A stretch of DNA of 64,000 nucleotides from contig JAHFMV010000004.1 of the NCBI GenBank assembly GCA_023267655.1, forward strand, positions 10,044 through 74,043, in the 5' to 3' direction. A model generated the notes under the pieces. It worked only from the letters and a program-made list of their open reading frames with translations. It was not told where the DNA came from and searched no databases. The DNA is from Candidatus Kaiserbacteria bacterium (lineage in GTDB: Bacteria; Patescibacteriota; Minisyncoccia; Phycocordibacterales; UBA2100). Below are positions 31,023 through 40,953 of the stretch, piece by piece. Within the stretch, counting starts at the first letter, position 1. Each line of letters starts with the position of its first letter. The translations under genes and the position numbers were made by a program.

Positions 31023-31988
31023 TTACGAATCTTTCATACGCGAACCGCCGTGGAATTTCTCGTGAATGTCGCGCAGGCGCTTGTTGGTGACATGGGTATA
31101 GATCTGTGTCGTCGCGACGTTCTTGTGGCCGAGGAGTTCTTGAACACTGCGCAAATCCGCCCCGTGGAATAGAAGATCGGTCGCGTACGAATGGCGTAAG
31201 GTATGCGGTGTCACTTTTTTAGAAAGACCGGCGGCACGCGCGTATTTTCCTATCACGACCTGGATATACCGAGGGGAGAGGCGTCGCATCTCCGGGTTGC
31301 GCGTGCGCGTATTGATGAACAGCGGCTTTTCGTCATCGCCTCGTGTGGCGAGATATGCACGTATCCAGCCGCCCGCGCGCGGCGAAAGAAAAATAGTGCG
31401 CACGCGTTTCCCCTTGCCGATTATTGAAAGTTCGATGGTCATGTTCGGATCCTTCTTTCCTTTTAAGATCGATACCTGATCAACATTCAGCGCCGTCAAC
31501 TCCGATATGCGCATGCCGGATGAGAAAAACGTCTCCAAAATCGCCTTGTCACGTAAACCCTCTGGTTTCGTAGTGTTAGGCAATTGCAGGATACGTTCGA
31601 TCTCGTGCACTTCGAGAAATGAGATGTTTTCTTCCGTTTTCTGTTTTGCCAATTTTATTTTTGCTGAGGGAAGAGATGTAATGTCTCTTTCCGCGAAGAA
31701 ATCAAGAAGTGCACGAACGGCTATCAAATAATAATTTTGTGATTTGCGGGCCAGGCTATCGCCGCGCGGCGATTTGTAACCTCGTGCAAGATAGAGGCGA
31801 TAATCCCATACATGTTTTGCGGTGAGTTCTTCTGGCCGCAGTTTCTGGTTGTTGGTATGTCTCAACCAGTTCATAAAGATTTTTAAATACTGGCGGTAAT
31901 TACGCTGCGTATTATTTGAAAGCCCTTTTTCAATCTCACAATAGTCGAGAAAAGGGTAGAGGTATTCAATAATGGGCTTTTGAGACAT
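31023..31988 (-). CDS. Xer-type tyrosine recombinase
   Basis: N-terminal SAM-like domain; RD.A..SGMRISE, GKG.R.R, TPHTLRHSYAT, LGH..TT.IY. Confidence 0.93.
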   Translation of the reverse strand: MSQKPIIEYLYPFLDYCEIEKGLSNNTQRNYRQYLKIFMNWLRHTNNQKLRPEELTAKHVWDYRLYLARGYKSPRGDSLARKSQNYYLIAVRALLDFFAERDITSLPSAKIKLAKQKTEENISFLEVHEIERILQLPNTTKPEGLRDKAILETFFSSGMRISELTALNVDQVSILKGKKDPNMTIELSIIGKGKRVRTIFLSPRAGGWIRAYLATRGDDEKPLFINTRTRNPEMRRLSPRYIQVVIGKYARAAGLSKKVTPHTLRHSYATDLLFHGADLRSVQELLGHKNVATTQIYTHVTNKRLRDIHEKFHGGSRMKDS

Positions 31989-32177
31989 AAGTAGTATAAG
32001 GATAGCACTCTCAAAATCTTTGATACATATCAGGGAAGGGGGGCGGTTAGGTTTTCGATTTGCAATTTCTTACCTACAAGCGGGAATGATATGAAGAACG
32101 GACAAATACCTTTTTGAACTCATCGTGGTGTAATAGGGGAAAGATGAAGAAGGTGCCTTGGGTTCCCGAGATATACA

Positions 32178-32205
32178 TATTCGCACAATATATGTAAAAC
32201 GAATA
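32178..32205 (+). other. Candidate dif-like recombination site
   Basis: TATTCGCACAA-TATATG-TAAAACGAATA (11-6-11), about 190 bp from xer, at gene-strand switch. Confidence 0.45.
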
Positions 32206-32303
32206 ATACCTATAGCAAAACCGCACGTCTAGAGCGGCCTGTGGATACTGCTTAGGTTGCCGAGGTCCTACGAATCGATGGTTGCTTTGTTATCATTCCC
32301 TAC

Positions 32304-33026
32304 ATGTCATACGCAGACAAAATTAAAAAGATTCTTCCCCAAGATATGCGTCGGCTTTTTTCTACGCTCACTACTCCCTTTAAGGTTCAAAACTACCTCG
32401 ATACCCTTTCAATAAATTTCGAAATATCGGGGGAGTCGAACTCCTCGCCCGTCCAAGTTTTTGAGAAAAAGACAGCGCATTGTTTTGAAGGAGCCGTTTT
32501 TGCAGCGGCGGTACTTGCCTTCCATGGTCACAAACCGCTTTTGATGGACTTTGCGACCGCATATGACGACGAAGATCATACGGTTGCCCTTTTCAAGAAA
32601 AATAATCGTTGGGGCGCGATCAGTAAAACAAATCATGCGGTTTTAAAATACCGCGACCCGATTTACAAAACGCCGCGCGAACTCGCAATGAGTTATTTTC
32701 ACGAATATTATTTGTGGGATGGACGGAAATCGCTGCGCGGGTATTCGGCACCGTTCGACCTTTCCAAGTATCCACCCGAAAAATGGATTACGTCGGGGGA
32801 GTCCCCGAAGGATAGCAAGCTGCCTACGGGGCGGGCGCTCGACTGGGTCATGGCCAAGCTTTCAAAAACACGTTACTTCCCTGTCGTTCCGGATAATTTT
32901 GAACGGCAATTACGCCGCGCATCGAATGTTGAATTGCGCGCGCTCAAAATTGTCGGAGAAAAAGATCCGCGGTCTAAAGGTACTGCAAAGGATCAAGATA
33001 CCCGCTCGGTGCGGAAACAGGCATAA
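32304..33026 (+). CDS. Conserved hypothetical protein (transglutaminase-like Cys/His) with 11-aa palindrome insertion
   Basis: AHCFEGA.FAAA, DEDH.VALF, WGAISKTN. Confidence 0.75.
   Translation: MSYADKIKKILPQDMRRLFSTLTTPFKVQNYLDTLSINFEISGESNSSPVQVFEKKTAHCFEGAVFAAAVLAFHGHKPLLMDFATAYDDEDHTVALFKKNNRWGAISKTNHAVLKYRDPIYKTPRELAMSYFHEYYLWDGRKSLRGYSAPFDLSKYPPEKWITSGESPKDSKLPTGRALDWVMAKLSKTRYFPVVPDNFERQLRRASNVELRALKIVGEKDPRSKGTAKDQDTRSVRKQA
32803..32835 (+). repeat. REP-like 33-bp hairpin inserted in-frame
   Basis: CCCCGAAGGATAGCAAGCTGCCTACGGGGCGGG. Confidence 0.72.
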
Positions 33027-34236
33027 CCGCGTTATTGCAGCCTTTACCGGAGCTTAGCTGGCGAACCTGCACCGCATCAGACGCGTACAGAGAGAGATGC
33101 AAATGCGGACCGGTCGCGTACCCTGTTGCTCCCGAATATCCGATGGTCTCGCCGGTTGAGACACTCTCCCCTTGCGATGCGTTGATTTGTGACAAGTGCC
33201 CGTACAACGTGGAAAGACCATTGTTGTGTTTGATGAGAACCCACTTGCCGTACGAATAACATCCGTAAATCGCGTCGGTGTTGCCGGTTGCAGTGATGAT
33301 GCCGCTCAAGACGGCCTTTACTGGTGTCCCGATCGAGGCCGCAAAGTCGACACCGTTGTGCGTTCCCGACGAATAGAGTCGGCCGGAATCAGCGGTTTTT
33401 CCAAACTGCTGCGTGATGCGGATCGTATCGAGCGGCCAGTGCAAGATGCCTTTCCCCGACGGCGGCAGGCGCGACGGATCGAGCGTGTATTGCAGTTTAG
33501 ACTCGAGTTCATTCAACGATTGTTCAAAGACCACTTTCGACGCCTGCTTCTGCTTCAAAAGCGACTGATAATTTGATTCTTGGGATTTTGTCTGCGTGAG
33601 GAGCTCTTGTTGCGCTTTCTTTTGGACGGCGAGCGATTGTTGTTCCGACGTGAGATCGCCTTTTTGGCGAACTAATTCGGCTTGTTTTGCCTCCTGTTCT
33701 TTCTTATTGTCGGTCAGCTCTACTTTTGCCGCCTGAAGCGCTTCCACATGGCTGTGTAAGTTTTCTTGGAACGCTATTGCGTTTTCCGCGTCGTCCCACA
33801 TACCGCTCAAGGATTGATTTGAAAAAACCATCTCGGCAAGCGACGCCGAGTCGCTCTCTTGGAGCGAGCGGATACTCTCGCCTACTGCTGCGGTGTCGAG
33901 TGCGATAGAGGACTCTTTATTTGAGATACTTCCCGTGAGGGCCGTGATTTCAAGCTCCGTCGTCGCGATTTTATTCTGAATTGCTTTTATTTTTGCCTGC
34001 GTCTGTTTGTACGAAATATCGAGCGAGTTGATCGCGCCTTGCAATGTCTGTTTTTTTGATCCAATCGTCGTTAGTTGTTGTTCGTACGCGGCGATTTCCT
34101 TATTCAATGAGTCGAGTTGCGATTGATGCGTTGCAATTTGTGATTTGATTTCATCTGCGCTCTGGGCGAAAAGAACCAATGGAAAAAACAGCGCGAAAAA
34201 CGCCGTCACGCCTATGCTGTTCCGCGCTGATTTCAT
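32974..34236 (-). CDS. Secreted coiled-coil M23 peptidase
   Basis: Signal peptide, long coiled coil, HNGVD, YGHL, TGPHLH. Confidence 0.92.
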   Translation of the reverse strand: MKSARNSIGVTAFFALFFPLVLFAQSADEIKSQIATHQSQLDSLNKEIAAYEQQLTTIGSKKQTLQGAINSLDISYKQTQAKIKAIQNKIATTELEITALTGSISNKESSIALDTAAVGESIRSLQESDSASLAEMVFSNQSLSGMWDDAENAIAFQENLHSHVEALQAAKVELTDNKKEQEAKQAELVRQKGDLTSEQQSLAVQKKAQQELLTQTKSQESNYQSLLKQKQASKVVFEQSLNELESKLQYTLDPSRLPPSGKGILHWPLDTIRITQQFGKTADSGRLYSSGTHNGVDFAASIGTPVKAVLSGIITATGNTDAIYGCYSYGKWVLIKHNNGLSTLYGHLSQINASQGESVSTGETIGYSGATGYATGPHLHLSLYASDAVQVRQLSSGKGCNNAVMPVSAPSGYLDPLQYL

Positions 34237-34238
34237 AA

Positions 34239-35573
34239 TTACTGTTCAGAGGCTGCACGAATTCGTTTGAGTGTTTCGTCCTTCCCGATGATCGCTGCTA
34301 TCGTAAAGGGATCAGGCGATTTGTCGCGTCCCGAGAGGGCATAGCGGAGTGGCCACAAGACTGCACCCCTCCCCTTTTCTTCGGCATAATCCCAGAGCGC
34401 GTCTTTCAGCGTCGCGGCGTCGTATGCATCGTCCGGAATCTTCTCAAGTGCCTGCGCGACAAACGTCAGATGTTCTTTTGCCATTCCGCTCGTGCTTTTC
34501 CTGTCGGGGATCTTTGCCGCGTCCACTGATGGCTCTGAAAAGAAATAATCGAACTCGCCGTCCTGCACAAGCGCTCGCACGTCATCATAAATGCTTATGC
34601 GCTCTCGAATGATCGGAACAAGCAAACGCGCCTTCCCATCATCCCAAAGTATCCCGCGCCCTTCAAGTTCCGTCTTCATGATGTTGAGAACGTCCATTGT
34701 AAATTCTTCACCCTTCAGTACTAGATACTGACGATTGTACCAGCGTAACTTTTCTTCATTAAAGACGGCGCCGGCTTTGTGGATGCCCTCGAGGGAAAAG
34801 GCTTCTATCAATTCAGGGAGGGTATAGAGTTCTCGATCCCCTGCCCCTTCACTCCAGCCGAGAAGCGCGATGAAATTAATCATCGCTTCGGGTAGATACC
34901 CTTTCGCACGAAAATCTTTGAGAGCGGTTTGATGTTTGCGCTTCGACATTTTTGTCCTGTCAGGAGCGAGGATGAGCGGCAAGTGCGCGTACACCGGACG
35001 CGGATAGCCGAGTGCTTCTTGAATCAGAATCTGTCGCGGCGTGTTTGAGATATGATCCTCTCCGCGGATGATGTGCGTAATCTGTGCATCGCCATCATCA
35101 ACAACAACTGCAAAATGGTACAGAGGATCGTCGATAGAGCGGGCGATCACAAAGTCTTTTAATTCCGTCGTATCAAAGGTGATATCGCCGCGGATGACGT
35201 CATTAAACGTGATCGAGCGGCCGGGATTACGCAAACGTACAACTTCCACTTCCCTGACACTGTCATCTTTCGCAACTTCCTTCGAAATATACGCTTTGTC
35301 TTCAGCAACTAATTTTCGCAGCAGTTCTTTGTGTCGCTCCAGATGTTCCGACTGCACATATTTTTCATCAAACGAAAGCCCAAGCCAGTTGAATGAATCG
35401 TAAATGTCCTGCAGAAATTCCGGTGAGTTCCGTTTTTTGTCCGTATCCTCGACGCGTAGGATGATCGCACCGCCTTCCTTCTTTGCGAACAAATAATTGT
35501 AGAGCGCGGTGCGTGCTAAACCAAAGTGGAAGTATCCCGTTGGTGACGGAGCTATTCTCACGCGTACACTCAT
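34239..35573 (-). CDS. gltX: Glutamate--tRNA ligase
   Basis: RIAPSPTG, RVEDTD, RGEDH, KMSKR. Confidence 0.96.
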   Translation of the reverse strand: MSVRVRIAPSPTGYFHFGLARTALYNYLFAKKEGGAIILRVEDTDKKRNSPEFLQDIYDSFNWLGLSFDEKYVQSEHLERHKELLRKLVAEDKAYISKEVAKDDSVREVEVVRLRNPGRSITFNDVIRGDITFDTTELKDFVIARSIDDPLYHFAVVVDDGDAQITHIIRGEDHISNTPRQILIQEALGYPRPVYAHLPLILAPDRTKMSKRKHQTALKDFRAKGYLPEAMINFIALLGWSEGAGDRELYTLPELIEAFSLEGIHKAGAVFNEEKLRWYNRQYLVLKGEEFTMDVLNIMKTELEGRGILWDDGKARLLVPIIRERISIYDDVRALVQDGEFDYFFSEPSVDAAKIPDRKSTSGMAKEHLTFVAQALEKIPDDAYDAATLKDALWDYAEEKGRGAVLWPLRYALSGRDKSPDPFTIAAIIGKDETLKRIRAASEQ

Positions 35574-35588
35574 ACGCGGATTCTATTT

Positions 35589-35617
35589 TGAAAATTGAAA
35601 ATTGAAAATTGAAAATT
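35589..35617. repeat. (TGAAAAT)4 heptamer array
   Basis: Direct reading between murG and gltX. Confidence 0.85.
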
Positions 35618-35625
35618 CATGCACT

Positions 35626-36765
35626 TCATACCGGCTCGTGTTCGAGAGCAGTTTCAAGAATAATTTCCGCAATTTTACGTCCTGCTTGTGGGCGGGAAAA
35701 TTCTTTGGCCGCAGCTGACATGCGGGCACGTAATTCTTGATCGTTCATTATGCGCTCGATTTCAGCCACAAGAACATGCGGCGTAAGGTTGCGCTGTTCG
35801 ATGACGATCGCCGCGCCCGAGCGCGCATACGAGAATGCGTTTTCAGTTTGGTCGTGTGATACATCGAGCGGGATTGGAACAAGGATCGCCGGAATACCCC
35901 ACGACGCAAGCTCAAAAATAGTACCGGAACCCGCGCGCGCGAGAATGAGCGATGTCACTCCCGCGGCCATCTTGAGAGCGAGCGCATTCAAGAGACCAAA
36001 GATACGATATCGGTCGGCATGTTGTGAATTGCGAAGCGCGACGCTCGAAATACCTTTGACTTCTTCGAGATTCGAATTGCCGACTTGATGGACGACGTTA
36101 TATTTCTCGAGCAACGTCGGGAGCGCATCGAGCACCGTTTCGTTGATCGCCCGTGCGCCTTGTGAGCCGCCCATAATGAAAATCGTCGGCGTGTTTGGAT
36201 CTAATTTGAGAAATTCGTGCCCGCCTTCGCGCGCGACATTTTCTATTTCTCGACGGATCGGATGACCTACGCGCGCCATCCTGTCTTTTACTTTTGCGGG
36301 AAAGCCTGCTGCTGCGTCAGGATGTGCGACCGCGATCCAACGAGCAAATTTCGATGACCAGAGCGAGACTTTCCCCGGCTTTGCGTCAGCGTCGTAAATA
36401 ACCACAGGGATCCGCAAGAGGCGTGCGCAAAAAAGTGTAGAAAATGCGGCGTAGCTGCCGGTTGAAAAGACGACATCGGGATAGACGGAAAATAATTTGG
36501 GAAAAGTGCGCAGGACGGCGAAGGCGAGTTTGAAGAAACCAAAGTGGGTGCGCTTGCCGTCTTTGCGAATGGTCGCGCCGCCAACGGGGACGTAATCGAT
36601 GTCATGTTCCGGCAGAACCGATGGATCAAACGGTGCGGGTCCAAAGTAAAAATATTGCGGCTCGAGCAATTTCTTTTCGTTACAAATATCCTCGATCCCC
36701 TGCACAACGGCAATCAGGGGATAAAAATGTCCCCCTGTTCCGCCACCGGTAAGCGCGATCTTCAT
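35626..36765 (-). CDS. murG: Lipid II GlcNAc transferase MurG
   Basis: TGGGTGGH.YP, GGSQGA, RAG.GT..E, Q..NA. Confidence 0.94.
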   Translation of the reverse strand: MKIALTGGGTGGHFYPLIAVVQGIEDICNEKKLLEPQYFYFGPAPFDPSVLPEHDIDYVPVGGATIRKDGKRTHFGFFKLAFAVLRTFPKLFSVYPDVVFSTGSYAAFSTLFCARLLRIPVVIYDADAKPGKVSLWSSKFARWIAVAHPDAAAGFPAKVKDRMARVGHPIRREIENVAREGGHEFLKLDPNTPTIFIMGGSQGARAINETVLDALPTLLEKYNVVHQVGNSNLEEVKGISSVALRNSQHADRYRIFGLLNALALKMAAGVTSLILARAGSGTIFELASWGIPAILVPIPLDVSHDQTENAFSYARSGAAIVIEQRNLTPHVLVAEIERIMNDQELRARMSAAAKEFSRPQAGRKIAEIILETALEHEPV

Positions 36766-36792
36766 GCGGCTATTTTACACTAAATTTGCTCT

Positions 36793-36956
36793 GCAAGCGC
36801 CCGCTCGCGCCGCTAGGCGGTATTTCTCCCACCCGAACACGAACTAATCGGATTTCATGACGTCACATCTACTACTGTATGTCTACACGTATTTGTATTT
36901 GCTGCGCGATGTTCTCTGGGAGGAATACCGCCTATCGTCGTCTCGCTACTTCTTGT
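36793..36956 (+). ncRNA. Candidate rod-shaped structured RNA (6S-like)
   Basis: 18-bp continuous stem 36814-36831 with 36917-36934, extensions on both sides, central unpaired region; strand inferred from a G-U pair. Confidence 0.4.
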
Positions 36957-37082
36957 GGTCATTTTGGCGCCAAAACGGCCTCTGCGAGTCTTTTCGGCTG
37001 AAAAGATCCGCAGCAGATTATAAAGGGAGGTGAAGTTTAACGTTCCTGGTTGCATGAAATTACGTGCTACAGTGTCTGATAT

Positions 37083-37589
37083 ATGGGTGAGCCGATCAAT
37101 TTTTTGAAGAAAAAGGCTGAGCGAGATACTCAAAAGAAAAGCAGTCACTCACCGATAATAGAAAGCGAAAATACTGCAGAAGTAGCGAGTGTAGATTTTG
37201 GTAAATTAGCTGATAACACATGTTTTGATCTTGGGCATAAATATCGTTTTTTGGTATTGAAAGATGGTTTCCCGGAAGATAGAAAATTAGCGCACGATGT
37301 GACGATGCGATTGAGACGAGCACTGGGGCCGCTTGCGGATGAATTTGGTGCCAACGCGCTGTACAACCTCATGGGCGTGCAAGTGCTTTTTTCGCAAACG
37401 ACAACGGAGTATAAGATTGCATCTGGTGGTTGGCGAAGGCTATATCTCAGCAACAGTTTCACCGAAGAAGAAGTTCAGAATCAGATTAGACCACTATTAG
37501 CGGCCATGACCCCCGAACAACGAAAAGCCAACACGAATATACACAACGTAATTTATGGTGACGGTTTGGATCCGTTCAAGAAAGACTAG
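37083..37589 (+). CDS. Hypothetical protein
   Basis: 168-aa ORF antisense to the dcw genes, stop overlaps ftsW stop. Confidence 0.65.
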   Translation: MGEPINFLKKKAERDTQKKSSHSPIIESENTAEVASVDFGKLADNTCFDLGHKYRFLVLKDGFPEDRKLAHDVTMRLRRALGPLADEFGANALYNLMGVQVLFSQTTTEYKIASGGWRRLYLSNSFTEEEVQNQIRPLLAAMTPEQRKANTNIHNVIYGDGLDPFKKD

Positions 37590-38695
37590 TGAGTTCCTTT
37601 TCTTCTCCGCGAAATGTTCAGTAAGATGCCCGCGCTCGCGAGGGAGACTAACATTGCGCTGCCGCCTTGGGAGATAAACGTGAGGGGCACGCCGGTAAGT
37701 GGCGCCATGCCGAGCATGGCGGCGACGTTGATGAATGCTTCGCCGACAAGGTAGGTGGAAATGCCGACGGCGAGAAGTCCACCGAAGAGATCGGTGGAAT
37801 GCGCTGCGACACCGTACCCGCGGAGGCCAAGCACGAGAAAAAGAACGATGAGTATTCCGCCGCCGATAAAGCCCAATTCTTCGGCGATCACTGCAAAAAT
37901 AGAATCCCCCATCGGCTCGGGAAGATACGTAAATTTCTGTACGCCTTGGCCGAATCCGCGTCCAAAAAAACCGCCGGAGCCGATTGCGATCAGTGATTGC
38001 CGGATTTGGTAGCCTTCGGAGAGCGTATTTTGTTCTTGCGGACGGAAAAACGTGTCGATACGCTGATACACGTAATGATAATGCGGTGTGAGCGACAAAA
38101 GTCCGAGCGCCATTACGGCAACGACACCGATAAGCGCGATGTCGCGTACGCGAGCGCCCGCAGCGATAAAAATTGCAAGAACTGAAAACGAAATGATGCC
38201 GAGCGTTCCTAAGTCGGGTTGCAAAAGTAGAATTATTCCCGGGAGCGCGAGTGCGCCAAGAAACGCGACGGGCCCTTTCCAGCTCGCGGTTTGCTCACGC
38301 AGGAGCGAAAAGTACCACGCGGTCGCCATGATCGTGCCGAGTTTTAAAAATTCCGACGGCTGGAGCGTCATAAATCGCAGATCGATCCAACGCCGCCCCC
38401 CGCCGTGCTCGAATCCAATGCCCGGCATGAATACTAGTGCGGTGAGAACGATCGTAAACGCATAAAAATACGGCGCGAGTGCCCGCCATCGTCGATAATC
38501 AACCGCAAGCGCGATGATCAGGAGGACAAGGCCAACGCCAATACCGAGGACAAGGTGATTGAAAACGACGGATGAAATATGCGTCGCTCCGCGCGCCAAG
38601 AGCCCGAGCGCCGCCGACGTAAACACCAGCGCACCGCCGATGACCAATGCCGCCAAAAGCACCAGCAGTATCGTATCAACCCGAGCACTCCGCAT
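37586..38695 (-). CDS. ftsW: SEDS peptidoglycan glycosyltransferase FtsW
   Basis: RRWI..LQPSEF.K, QPDLGT, LPE..D.IF, TGVPL.FIS.GGS; between mraY and murG. Confidence 0.92.
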   Translation of the reverse strand: MRSARVDTILLVLLAALVIGGALVFTSAALGLLARGATHISSVVFNHLVLGIGVGLVLLIIALAVDYRRWRALAPYFYAFTIVLTALVFMPGIGFEHGGGRRWIDLRFMTLQPSEFLKLGTIMATAWYFSLLREQTASWKGPVAFLGALALPGIILLLQPDLGTLGIISFSVLAIFIAAGARVRDIALIGVVAVMALGLLSLTPHYHYVYQRIDTFFRPQEQNTLSEGYQIRQSLIAIGSGGFFGRGFGQGVQKFTYLPEPMGDSIFAVIAEELGFIGGGILIVLFLVLGLRGYGVAAHSTDLFGGLLAVGISTYLVGEAFINVAAMLGMAPLTGVPLTFISQGGSAMLVSLASAGILLNISRRRKGTH

Positions 38696-38727
38696 TCAAG
38701 CAACAGTACCACATGAAATATGAGATC

Positions 38728-38750
38728 TGCGCAAGGCTTAGCCTTGCGCA
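38728..38750. repeat. 23-bp palindrome TGCGCAAGGCTTAGCCTTGCGCA
   Basis: Second copy inside uvrC at 53048-53070. Confidence 0.75.
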
Positions 38751-38752
38751 AT

Positions 38753-39811
38753 TTACGCCGTAAGTGCGATGATCACGCCAAGAAATGCGAAGACGATCGA
38801 CAAAACCCAATACCGCATGACAACTTTTTCTGGTGGCCAGCCGATAGCTTCGAAATGGTGATGCAAGGGTGCAATACGGAATAACTTGCGTCCAAAAAGA
38901 GATTTCCAAAGCATCTGGAGAATGTTGGATGCGACTGTGACGACGAGGAGCGCGCCGATGATCGGGAGGACGCTGACCCCTACGCCATCGCCGAGGCTAT
39001 CGGTGAGAAATGCGATTACGGGCAGCACGAGTGTGAGCGCCATCGTGCCGGTGTCGCTCATATAAAAGCGCGCGGGCGGGATGTTGAACCAGATAAACGC
39101 AAGGAGACCGCCGACGACTGTCGCACAAAAAGCGGCGAGGTCAATTTGGTTTTGCACGAAAGCGATGATCGCGTACGACGCAAACGCGGATGCGAAGACA
39201 CCGCCGGAGAGGCCGTCGATACCATCAATGACGCCGCTTGCAAAGAGTGCAAGAGAGACTATGATGAAAAACGGGACGATCAGGATTCCCATTTCAATCG
39301 GCGCACCGAATGGATTGTTGATCGCATGCACGTCGAGTTTGTCATAAAACCACCAGCCGATCGCGAGCGAAAGCAGCGCAACGAGGATGAGACGGTAGCG
39401 GAGACGCAGCCCCGAGCCTCCCGGACGGATGATATAGATGTCGTCGATAAAACCAATCGCGGCACCGATGAGAAATGTTGCAAACGGTACCCATGTCTGG
39501 CTACGGCTTAAGAAATCAAGCTGTTCCGAAAACGGCGACGGCGAGAGGGCTGCGATCGATGTAAGGAGTGCGGTCACGATTGCGACCGATCCCCAGACGA
39601 CAACACCACCGAAGCGCGGCGCACGTATTTCGCGGGCTATGTGGAGGCCGTTGAATACTTCGGCGACCGAGCCATCCATCGCGTGTTTGCCACCGTTCTT
39701 TTTCCACGCTTTATATTTGTAGAGATAATGCGTAAGGAGCGGCGTACCGGCGATACCAATAACAAATGAAAGTCCCGCAGGGACAAGTACGCGGACGACG
39801 TCGGAAATCAT
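38753..39811 (-). CDS. mraY: Phospho-N-acetylmuramoyl-pentapeptide transferase
   Basis: GFIDD, DGIDGL, FN..PA.FYMSDTG, APLHHHFE. Confidence 0.93.
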   Translation of the reverse strand: MISDVVRVLVPAGLSFVIGIAGTPLLTHYLYKYKAWKKNGGKHAMDGSVAEVFNGLHIAREIRAPRFGGVVVWGSVAIVTALLTSIAALSPSPFSEQLDFLSRSQTWVPFATFLIGAAIGFIDDIYIIRPGGSGLRLRYRLILVALLSLAIGWWFYDKLDVHAINNPFGAPIEMGILIVPFFIIVSLALFASGVIDGIDGLSGGVFASAFASYAIIAFVQNQIDLAAFCATVVGGLLAFIWFNIPPARFYMSDTGTMALTLVLPVIAFLTDSLGDGVGVSVLPIIGALLVVTVASNILQMLWKSLFGRKLFRIAPLHHHFEAIGWPPEKVVMRYWVLSIVFAFLGVIIALTA

Positions 39812-39898
39812 GGGAACAGTATATAGCCACTAGCCACTAGCCACTAGGGGATTTAATTCGTGATTCGCATTTCCCTATTGGCTAACTACTAGTCGCTA
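39809..39898. repeat. TAGCCAC array with -10/ATG module for mraY plus inverted partner supplying the upstream stop
   Basis: (TAGCCAC)3 at 39824-39844; CCCTATTGGCTA..CTAGTCGCTA at 39873-39898. Confidence 0.85.
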
Positions 39899-40953
39899 AG
39901 AGCTGATTTTTGCGCCGCTGCGACTAACTTTTTTACATCATTGAATCTTGCCTCTGGCGTGGAACCCAAGACAACGACGATCACTGGGTGATCCGCTGCA
40001 GCATTAAACGCGATCGCGAGATTGCCGCCCGCGAGATCGGTTGTGCCCGTCTTTCCCATGATAAGTCCGGGGATGTCGGCGAGTGCGTTGTTCGTATTGC
40101 GTGCGTAGCGCTCGGGAAAATTGATCGGGCCTAACGGTATATTGGTCTCGGCCGTGCCCGTAAAAAGTTCTTTGTGCGAGCGGAGCGCGTACGCGAACAG
40201 TGTCGCGACATCACGTGCGGAGCTTTGCGCGCCCGCTTGCGTCGCGCTCTCATCGAGCCCCGTCGGATTAATAAAATACGTTTCGTGCATGCCGAGCTCT
40301 TGCGCCAGCGCGTTCATCCGCCAGATCGTCGCGTTGCTACGCGTCGCGTCGGGATATTTTGCGGCGAGGAATGGTTCTGCCGTTTCTGCGAGCGCTTCAG
40401 CGCCGGTGTTTGATGACGTGATAAGTGTGTATTCGATCAAATCGCTGACGCGCCATTCTTCGCCCCAGGTCAGTCCCCCACCGCCGCGCGCAACGGCACC
40501 GCGTGAAATCGTGACGGTGCTCGTGGGCGCTAGCACTTCTGCAACAGCAAGTACCGTCGCAACTTTGGTGATCGACGCGAGCGGCAACTGCATACTGCTG
40601 TTTTTCGCGTACAGCTGTTTGTCATTTTGGGCGTCAAAAACATACACGCCCCGCGCAGCTGTTTGGACGCCGCTGAATACGTCGACGTGCGCCTCTGCCG
40701 CAGCGGCCGTTTGCGCTTTTGGCGCTTCTTTTGCCGGTACCGGAAGCATCGCGAGAATAAGTCCCATTCCCCCGATAATGCTTATTATTAGAAAAATCAG
40801 GCCGAAAAGAGCATGCGTCCGCGGCACACCGCCCGTATTTGGCGTAAAATCGTGCACCAGAGGCGCCGCAGAGTTCGCGACGATCTCTGGCAAAGGCGAG
40901 GGTTGAGAAACGTCAAATGGCGTCTTCGGTGATTGAGGTTGATTCTGCGGCAT
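39889..40953 (-). CDS. D-alanyl-D-alanine carboxypeptidase (S11)
   Basis: ASITK, SSN, KTG motifs; N-terminal TM. Confidence 0.9.
   Translation of the reverse strand: MPQNQPQSPKTPFDVSQPSPLPEIVANSAAPLVHDFTPNTGGVPRTHALFGLIFLIISIIGGMGLILAMLPVPAKEAPKAQTAAAAEAHVDVFSGVQTAARGVYVFDAQNDKQLYAKNSSMQLPLASITKVATVLAVAEVLAPTSTVTISRGAVARGGGGLTWGEEWRVSDLIEYTLITSSNTGAEALAETAEPFLAAKYPDATRSNATIWRMNALAQELGMHETYFINPTGLDESATQAGAQSSARDVATLFAYALRSHKELFTGTAETNIPLGPINFPERYARNTNNALADIPGLIMGKTGTTDLAGGNLAIAFNAAADHPVIVVVLGSTPEARFNDVKKLVAAAQKSALSD

Noticed and set aside
31023-31988. Prophage or island integrase
   Set aside because: XerC/D-like size and motifs, no phage genes or att duplication, and located at the strand-switch point.
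36790-37020. RNase P RNA, tmRNA or SRP RNA
   Set aside because: Diagnostic sequences (GAGGAAAGTCC, tRNA-like ends, SRP domain IV loop) not found.
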